The position numbers and the translations under genes are program-made. DNA of 63,720 nt, filler included, from an uncultured bacterium (lineage in GTDB: Bacteria > CAZDME01 > JAYEMH01): assembly GCA_964506785.1 (NCBI GenBank). It is 4 parts of 4 records of this genome, joined end to end, with 100 filler letters (N's around TTAATTAATTAA, not from the genome) between each part and the next. Parts side by side here need not be neighbours in the genome. Positions count along the whole stretch, not along the records: positions 39,315 to 58,483 come from CAZDME010000025.1; positions 58,584 to 63,720 come from CAZDME010000074.1; 2 more parts are not named here. One strand, given 5' to 3'. The notes under the pieces are model-generated. The model was given only the letters and a program-made list of their open reading frames with translations. It had not been told where the DNA came from and made no database searches. Each line of letters opens with the position of its first letter. Position 1 is the stretch's first letter. Positions 57,294-63,720 of the stretch are shown piece after piece.

Positions 57294-58483
57294 TTATCCA
57301 TCCAGCCACTCCTGGGCCCAGATTTCAAAAACTATCAGCGCCCAGAGGCGGTGGCTATTGTCCTTTTTTTTCTCCAGATGCTCCTTAATCAAGGTTTGAA
57401 TATATCCCTCGTTGAATAAACCGCGTTTTTTTATATTTTCTGGCGAAAGAGATTCCAAAAGCAAGGGCTTAAATTCATTTCGCAGCCAATTTTTAACCGG
57501 GCTGCTAAAGCCTTCCTTGTGTCTATTAATAATCTCCGCCGGTAAAAATTCGCTCATTGTTTTCTTCAGGATATATTTGGTTCGAAACCGCTTTAATCTC
57601 AATTGAGGAGGAATTCCCGTAATTAACTCCACCACTTTATTATCCAAGAACGGAAATCTGGCCTGCATTGAATTCGCCATACTCATCTGGTCGACCTTTA
57701 CCAGTCCGGCATCCGGAAGATAAGTCCTCAAATCAACATACTGAAGCTGGCTGGGGCAAGGTAAATCCTTAGCCTGGTTAAAAATTGAACGGACAGGACG
57801 ATAAGAATCCAAACCATTTAACTTTTGAATTAAAAAAGGTGAATAAAGTGCTTTTTTATCCAGAGGGCTAAAATTAATCATCCAGCGATGATGTTTAATA
57901 TCAGAAGGTAAATTCAACCCTTCAAACAAACGCCGCATCCGGTTAACCATCCCCTTCTTTTTCCCCCGGGGGGCAATACCCGCCAGATATCTCTTCATAA
58001 CCCCGGGCAGCCACTCCAGCCGGCCGGCTAAACTTTGGGCCAGATAGGTATCGTATCCGGCAAACAATTCATCACCGCCGTCGCCGCATAGAACGACCTT
58101 GACATAATCTTTGGCCAATTGAAAAGCCAGAAAAGTGGGAATAATCGAGGTGTCAGCCAAAGGCTCATCAAGGAATTTAATTAATTGCCGGGCTAAATCC
58201 GCTGTCTTAGAGGATAAAAACAGTTCATGATGTTCGGTTTTGAACCGCTCGGAAATTAAGCGGGCATAATTTAATTCGTTATAACTTTTATCTTCGAAAC
58301 CAATAGAAAATGTTTTAATTGGCTCCTGGCCGATTTGGCTCATTAAAGCCACAATTGTACTTGAATCGAACCCGCCGCTTAAAAGAACTCCCAGCGGAAC
58401 ATCAGCTAAGAGATTTAACCCCACAGACTCTTTCAGGGTCTTCAGTATTTTCTCTTTTAATAAGAGTTCGTTTTTAACCGGCC
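57294..58483 (-). CDS. Asparagine synthase (AsnB)-like amidotransferase, C-terminal part (5' cut by contig edge)
   Basis: [41 protein letters not shown]. The frame stays open to the contig edge. Confidence 0.9.
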
Positions 58484-58583
58484 NNNNNNNNNNNNNNNNN
58501 NNNNNNNNNNNNNNNNNNNNNNNNNNNTTAATTAATTAANNNNNNNNNNNNNNNNNNNNNNNNNNNNNNNNNNNNNNNNNNNN
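58484..58583. other. Artificial contig spacer
   Basis: 44 N + TTAATTAATTAA + 44 N. Confidence 0.98.
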
Positions 58584-59356
58584 TAGAAGGTGTCGATACC
58601 CGGGCTTTAACCCGGCATATTAGATTACAGGGAGCGATGAAGGCGATGATTTCTACCGAGGATTTGGATGATAAAAGCTTGGTGAAAAAAGCCAAAGCTT
58701 CACCCGGACTGATTGGATGCGATTTGGTCAGGGATGTAACTTCCGAAGAAATCCACTATTGGAGTAAAAAAGGCAAATATAAGGTAGTAGTTATCGACTG
58801 CGGGGTCAAGTTTAACATTTTAAGAGAGTTAGCCAATAACGGCTGCGAGGTAATAGTCGTTCCGGCAAAGATTACAGCTAATCAGGTTTTAGCGATGAAG
58901 CCAGACGGTATTTTACTTTCCAACGGTCCGGGAGACCCGTCAGCCTTGCCCTATGTAGTTAAGACCGTAAGGAAACTGCTTGGCAAAACGCCAATTTTTG
59001 GTATATGTTTGGGGCACCAAATACTCGGCTTATCCTTAGGCGGAAAAACATTTAAACTTAAATTTGGCCATCACGGAGGAAATCATCCGGTCAAAGAACT
59101 AAATTCCGGCAAGATCTCTATTACCGTTCAAAACCATGGTTTCTGTGTGGATATAGAATCTTTGAAAAAAGGAGACCTTGAAATAACACATATTAATCTT
59201 AATGATAATACCCTGGAAGGAATGCGACATAAGAAGCTTCCAGTATTTTCAGTACAGTTTCATCCCGAGGCCGGCCCCGGTCCTAATGATGCCAGATATC
59301 TTTTCGAAGAATTTATTGAGATGATGGAGCAAAAAAAAACAGATAACCGAATATAG
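58584..59356 (+). CDS. carA: Carbamoyl-phosphate synthase small subunit (5' cut)
   Basis: EGVDTRALTRHIR upstream of the listed Met; LSNGPGDP; GICLGHQ; QNHG; QFHPEAGPGP. Confidence 0.96.
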
Positions 59357-59395
59357 AGGGCAGAAAAAAATCCTGCAATCTGACTTCTGTCGTCT
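59340..59395. repeat. Degenerate CAGA-type heptamer arms (inverted) at the carA/asnB junction
   Basis: CAGATAA CCGAATA TAGAGGG CAGAAAA ... CTGCAAT CTGACTT CTGTCGT. Confidence 0.6.
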
Positions 59396-59424
59396 TTAGT
59401 CTAACTGAACGAAGTGAGGTTATG

Positions 59425-61302
59425 GTGTGCGGAATTTGTGGAATCGTAAGTTATAAGGCAGGTGAGCCGGTAAAAGAGGAAGAGATAAAGGAAATGCTCA
59501 ATCGTATTGTTCACCGCGGGCCTGACGACTGGGGAATTTATTGCAAAATTCCCCACGTTGGTTTGGGAATGAGAAGGCTTTCAATAATCGATTTGGTCAC
59601 CGGGAAACAGCCGATACATAATGAAAATGAGACCATTCAGATTGTTTTTAACGGAGAAATCTATAATTTCAAGGAGTTGCGAGAAAATTTAGAAAAAAAA
59701 GGACACCAATTTTATACCTCTTCGGATACCGAAGTAATTGTCCATCTTTATGAGGATTATGGTATAGATTGTCTTGAATCCTTACGGGGAATGTTTTCCT
59801 TTGCCCTCTGGGATGCCGGCGAAAAAAGACTTTTTCTTACCCGGGATAGATTGGGTATTAAACCTCTACATTATACTATAATGGGTAAAAAAATCATTTT
59901 TGCTTCAGAGATAAAGTCTATTCTTTCATGTTTCGGAGTGGACAAAAAAATAGATTTTTCGGCTCTGGATAGGTATTTATCCTTCGAATACACTCCAGCG
60001 CCACAGACTATGTTCAAAACAATAAAAAAACTTTTGCCCGGGCACTACCTTCTTTTCAAGGAGGGAGAGGTAGTTATAAAAAAATACTGGGATATTAATT
60101 TCAATGAAGATATTAATGTTAATGAAGAGAAAATTCTGGAAACCCTGAAAGAGTCGGTGAGCTATCGTTTGGTGAGTGATGTTCCTTTGGGGGCATTTTT
60201 AAGCGGCGGGATTGACTCCAGCTCTGTAGTTGCTTTGATGAGTAAAGTTATGAATACCCCGGTAAAAACTTTCTCTATCGGATTTGAAGATAAAAGTTAT
60301 AACGAATTAAATTATGCCCGTATAATTGCCCGCCGGTTTAATACCGAACATCATGAATTTATCCTTAAGCCAGACATACCGGATTTAATCAAGAAGTTGA
60401 TTGGGTATCTGGATGAACCTTTGGCTGATTTTTCCTGTATCCCTACCTATTTGGTTTCCCAGATGGCCCGCCAATATGTAACTGTTGCTCTCTCCGGGGA
60501 TGGGGGAGACGAGCTTTTTGCCGGGTACGAGTCTTATGCAGCCGAGAAAATGGCAGGCTATTATTGCCGGCTTCCCAAAATTTTTCGCCACGGAGTAATT
60601 GCTCCTTTACTAAGAAGAATCCCGCCCAGCCCTCAAAAAAGGGGATGGATAAATTATCTGCGCCGTTTTACTGCCGGAGAGAATCTCCCGGCAGATTTGA
60701 AGCACGCGCGTTGGATGATATTTCTTGCCGAAAAAGACAAAAAGAAACTTTATACCAAAAATTTACAGGGTGAACTGAAAAAGGCTGATACTTATAGACC
60801 TTGGAGAGAGTATTTTCGAGCCTCAAGTAATTTTGATTCTTTAAGCCAGCAGCAGTATGTAGATTTAAAAACGTATCTCGCCGAAAACATCCTCCTCAAG
60901 GTAGATAGAATGAGTATGGCCAATTCCTTGGAGGTAAGGGTTCCGATTCTCGACCATAAACTCGTAGAATTGGTGGCTGGTCTTCCTTCTTCTTTGAGAT
61001 TGAAAGGTTTTTCTTCGAAGTACTTATTTAAAAAAGCGATGGGTGAGATTTTACCGGAGGAGGTAATAAATCGTCCCAAACAGGGATTTAGTATCCCCGT
61101 CAAAAACTGGTTTAAAGAAGATTTAAAAGATTTACTCCTTGAAGTCTTGAGTGAGGGAGAAATAAATAAGAAAGGCTTGTTCGATTACGGGTATATTAGA
61201 CAACTTATCGAAGACCATCTAAAGGCAAGAGAAAATCATAGCCACATTCTCTGGGCTTTGATGATTTTTAACCTTTGGCAGAACAAATATCAGGCAAATT
61301 AA
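59425..61302 (+). CDS. asnB: Asparagine synthase (glutamine-hydrolysing), class II amidotransferase
   Basis: GTG start gives M-CGICG (Ntn cysteine); [41 protein letters not shown]. Confidence 0.93.
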   Translation: MCGICGIVSYKAGEPVKEEEIKEMLNRIVHRGPDDWGIYCKIPHVGLGMRRLSIIDLVTGKQPIHNENETIQIVFNGEIYNFKELRENLEKKGHQFYTSSDTEVIVHLYEDYGIDCLESLRGMFSFALWDAGEKRLFLTRDRLGIKPLHYTIMGKKIIFASEIKSILSCFGVDKKIDFSALDRYLSFEYTPAPQTMFKTIKKLLPGHYLLFKEGEVVIKKYWDINFNEDINVNEEKILETLKESVSYRLVSDVPLGAFLSGGIDSSSVVALMSKVMNTPVKTFSIGFEDKSYNELNYARIIARRFNTEHHEFILKPDIPDLIKKLIGYLDEPLADFSCIPTYLVSQMARQYVTVALSGDGGDELFAGYESYAAEKMAGYYCRLPKIFRHGVIAPLLRRIPPSPQKRGWINYLRRFTAGENLPADLKHARWMIFLAEKDKKKLYTKNLQGELKKADTYRPWREYFRASSNFDSLSQQQYVDLKTYLAENILLKVDRMSMANSLEVRVPILDHKLVELVAGLPSSLRLKGFSSKYLFKKAMGEILPEEVINRPKQGFSIPVKNWFKEDLKDLLLEVLSEGEINKKGLFDYGYIRQLIEDHLKARENHSHILWALMIFNLWQNKYQAN

Positions 61303-61304
61303 TT

Positions 61305-63720
61305 ATGCCCAAAAGGATAGATTTAAAAAAGATTTTAATTATTGGTTCCGGGCCGATTATTATCAGCCAGGCCTGTGAGTTCGATTATTCCGGCACACAG
61401 GCTTGCAAAGCGCTAAAAGAAGAAGGTTTTAAGGTCGTGCTTTTGAATTCAAATCCGGCGACGATAATGACCGATCCCGAGATAGCCGATAGCACCTATA
61501 TCGAGCCAATAACACCCGAGGTTCTGGAGAGGATTATAGCTAAAGAAAGACCTGATGCATTGCTTCCTACCCTGGGCGGCCAAACAGGCTTGAATACGGC
61601 CATTAAAGCAGCTGAAGCCGGCATATTGGATAAATACAAGGTGAAGATGATTGGCGCAGACTATGAGGCGATAAAAAAGGCCGAGAACCGGGAGTATTTT
61701 AAAAAATCCATACAGAAGATAAAACTTGATTTGCCGAGAAGCAGTCTTGCTTATAATATGCGAGAGGCAAAAGATGCCTTGAGAGAAATAGCCCTCCCGG
61801 TTATTATCCGCCCGAGTTTCACTCTCGGTGGAACAGGCGGAGGAATAGCCGAGACAGAAGAAGAGTTTGAAAAAATAGCAGAATTGGGCTTGAAAAACAG
61901 TATGGTAAGCGAAATTTTGATAGAAGAATCGGTGCTTGGCTGGAAAGAATACGAATTGGAGGTAATGAGAGATAAAAAGGATAATGTGGTGATAGTCTGC
62001 TCCATAGAAAATTTCGATCCTATGGGTATCCATACAGGGGATTCAATCACCGTTGCTCCGGCTCAAACCCTAACCGATAAAGAGTATCAAAGGATGAGAG
62101 ATGCGGCCATGGCGATAATAAGAGAAGTAGGTGTCGAAACCGGCGGCTCGAACATCCAATTTGCGGTCAATCCCAAAAATGGGAAAATGGTAGTTATTGA
62201 GATGAATCCCAGGGTTTCTCGAAGTTCGGCGCTGGCCAGTAAGGCAACAGGCTTTCCCATCGCGAAATTTGCGGCAAAACTGGCTGTCGGTTATACCCTT
62301 GATGAGATACGAAATGACATTACCAAAGAAACCCCGGCGTCATTCGAACCAACAATAGATTATTGTGTCGTAAAAATCCCGCGATTTACCTTTGAGAAAT
62401 TTCCCGAAGCAAAGGATGTCTTGGGTATATCGATGAAATCGGTGGGAGAAACAATGGCAATCGGAAGGACCTTTAAAGAAGCTCTTCAGAAGGGACTTCG
62501 CGGTTTGGAAATTGGACATTCCGGGCTTGATAACAAACTCGATTATCGTAATATCCCTGACGATAAATTAATGCTTAGATTAAAAGAACCTAACGCATCA
62601 AGGATATTTTACATAAAGTATGCTTTACAGAAAGGCATGGGTGCAGATGAAATTGTGAATATTACCAAGATTGATCCCTGGTTTATCGATAATATAAAAC
62701 AGATAGTAAAGCTTGAAAATCAGATGACAGAAGTCAGAACACAGAAGCCAGATGTTGTTTGTCATCTGCCTTCCGGGCTTTTGCTCAAAGCCAAGCAATA
62801 TGGTTTCAGTGATATACAGATTGCCGATTTAACAGGTTCCGACGAATTATCGGTGAGGGAATTAAGAAAGAAACAAGGAATTAAAGCGATATTTAAATTA
62901 GTAGATACATGTGCGGCAGAGTTCGAAGCCTATACCCCGTATTATTATTCAACTTATGAAATGGAGGATGAAACCCGGCGTTCAAAAAGGGAGAAAATAA
63001 TTATACTTGGCGGTGGTCCGAACAGAATTGGTCAGGGGATAGAATTCGATTATTGCTGCTGCCATGCTTCTTTTGCGCTTAAGGAACTGGGATTTGAAAC
63101 GATTATGGTCAATTCCAATCCGGAGACAGTTTCGACAGATTATGACACATCAGATAAGCTATACTTTGAACCGCTGACCTTTGAAGACGTTATGAATATC
63201 GTCGATAAAGAGGAACCTCACGGTGTAATAGTTCAGTTTGGCGGACAGACTCCGCTTAACTTAGCCCAACGGTTAGAAAATGCCGGTGTACCTATAATTG
63301 GCACTTCGGTTGAATCTATAGACACGGCCGAGGACAGAGACAAATTCGCCCGACTTATAAAGAAGTTAAAGCTTAACCAGCCGCAAAACGGCTCGGCCAA
63401 GTCAAAGGAAGAGGCAAAGAAAATTGCCGAGCGTATCGGATATCCTGTCCTGGTAAGGCCGTCGTATGTATTAGGCGGCAGAGCGATGAAAATAGTTTAT
63501 AATGAAGAATCCCTTGATGAGTTTATAAGAGAAGCAAAAGATACTTCCGAGGAACACCCCATGCTTATAGATAAATTTTTAGAGGGTGCTGTCGAGGTGG
63601 ATGTTGATGCGTTATCCGATGGTGACATTACGGTAATCGGCGGTATAATGGAACATATAGAAGAGGCTGGCATTCATTCGGGAGATTCAGCCTGTGTGTT
63701 GCCGCCCCACACTTTAGGTA
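61305..63720 (+). CDS. carB: Carbamoyl-phosphate synthase large subunit (runs off the window end)
   Basis: Hand translation [37 protein letters not shown]; later [17 protein letters not shown] and [12 protein letters not shown]. Confidence 0.97.
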   Translation, partial: MPKRIDLKKILIIGSGPIIISQACEFDYSGTQACKALKEEGFKVVLLNSNPATIMTDPEIADSTYIEPITPEVLERIIAKERPDALLPTLGGQTGLNTAIKAAEAGILDKYKVKMIGADYEAIKKAENREYFKKSIQKIKLDLPRSSLAYNMREAKDALREIALPVIIRPSFTLGGTGGGIAETEEEFEKIAELGLKNSMVSEILIEESVLGWKEYELEVMRDKKDNVVIVCSIENFDPMGIHTGDSITVAPAQTLTDKEYQRMRDAAMAIIREVGVETGGSNIQFAVNPKNGKMVVIEMNPRVSRSSALASKATGFPIAKFAAKLAVGYTLDEIRNDITKETPASFEPTIDYCVVKIPRFTFEKFPEAKDVLGISMKSVGETMAIGRTFKEALQKGLRGLEIGHSGLDNKLDYRNIPDDKLMLRLKEPNASRIFYIKYALQKGMGADEIVNITKIDPWFIDNIKQIVKLENQMTEVRTQKPDVVCHLPSGLLLKAKQYGFSDIQIADLTGSDELSVRELRKKQGIKAIFKLVDTCAAEFEAYTPYYYSTYEMEDETRRSKREKIIILGGGPNRIGQGIEFDYCCCHASFALKELGFETIMVNSNPETVSTDYDTSDKLYFEPLTFEDVMNIVDKEEPHGVIVQFGGQTPLNLAQRLENAGVPIIGTSVESIDTAEDRDKFARLIKKLKLNQPQNGSAKSKEEAKKIAERIGYPVLVRPSYVLGGRAMKIVYNEESLDEFIREAKDTSEEHPMLIDKFLEGAVEVDVDALSDGDITVIGGIMEHIEEAGIHSGDSACVLPPHTLG
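62721..62776. repeat. In-frame heptamer tract/hairpin inside carB
   Basis: CAGATGA CAGAAGT CAGAACA CAGAAGC CAGATGT followed by TGTCATCTG (reverse complement of CAGATGACA); encodes [18 protein letters not shown]. Confidence 0.85.

Noticed and set aside
19832-58583. TTAATTAATTAA flanked by N runs, three times
   Set aside because: Artificial six-frame-stop linker between contigs; not a biological repeat.
11927-61302. Complete lasso-peptide cluster (kinase + nucleotidyltransferase + AsnB-like cyclase)
   Set aside because: The asnB genes are on other contigs, the complete one keeps the N-terminal Cys glutaminase domain, and no precursor, B1/RRE or B2 gene is visible.

Overview
The window is four separate contigs joined by artificial 100-nt spacers (44 N + TTAATTAATTAA + 44 N) at 19832-19931, 39215-39314 and 58484-58583, so adjacency across spacers means nothing. 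The source is a diderm bacterium (it encodes a secretin, Wza and an outer-membrane porin); the sequence alone does not fix the taxon. Contig 1 (1-19831) holds a type II secretion operon (gspE-F-G-H-I-J-K-pilMN-gspM/pilO-gspC-gspD, minus strand) interrupted by a REP-associated tyrosine transposase with 35-bp palindromic inverted ends. Divergent from it is an HPr-kinase-like/ABC-2/nucleotidyltransferase cassette, followed by wza-wzc-O-antigen ligase/polymerase. Contig 2 (19932-39214) holds ilvD-ilvB-ilvN-ilvC-leuA-leuC and an operon mtnA-DUF362-thiL-tsaE-tsaB-alr-EndoQ-like-polX-Mut7C-cstA. Contig 3 (39315-58483) is a surface-glycan cluster: AsnB-like amidotransferase, two radical SAM enzymes, methyl- and acyltransferases, an AlgE-like porin, a GT-C transferase, a TolB-like lipoprotein, GT2/GT4 enzymes and a WcaJ-like priming transferase, with an embedded Cas4/AddB-like nuclease. 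Contig 4 (58584-63720) is carA-asnB-carB. The most unusual signal is non-genic: short degenerate 7-8-nt-period repeat tracts and palindromes sit at many gene junctions and also in frame inside proteins (pseudopilin leader peptides, a CarB loop). I found no rRNA, tRNA or CRISPR array. All family calls come from motif recognition by eye, not database searches.
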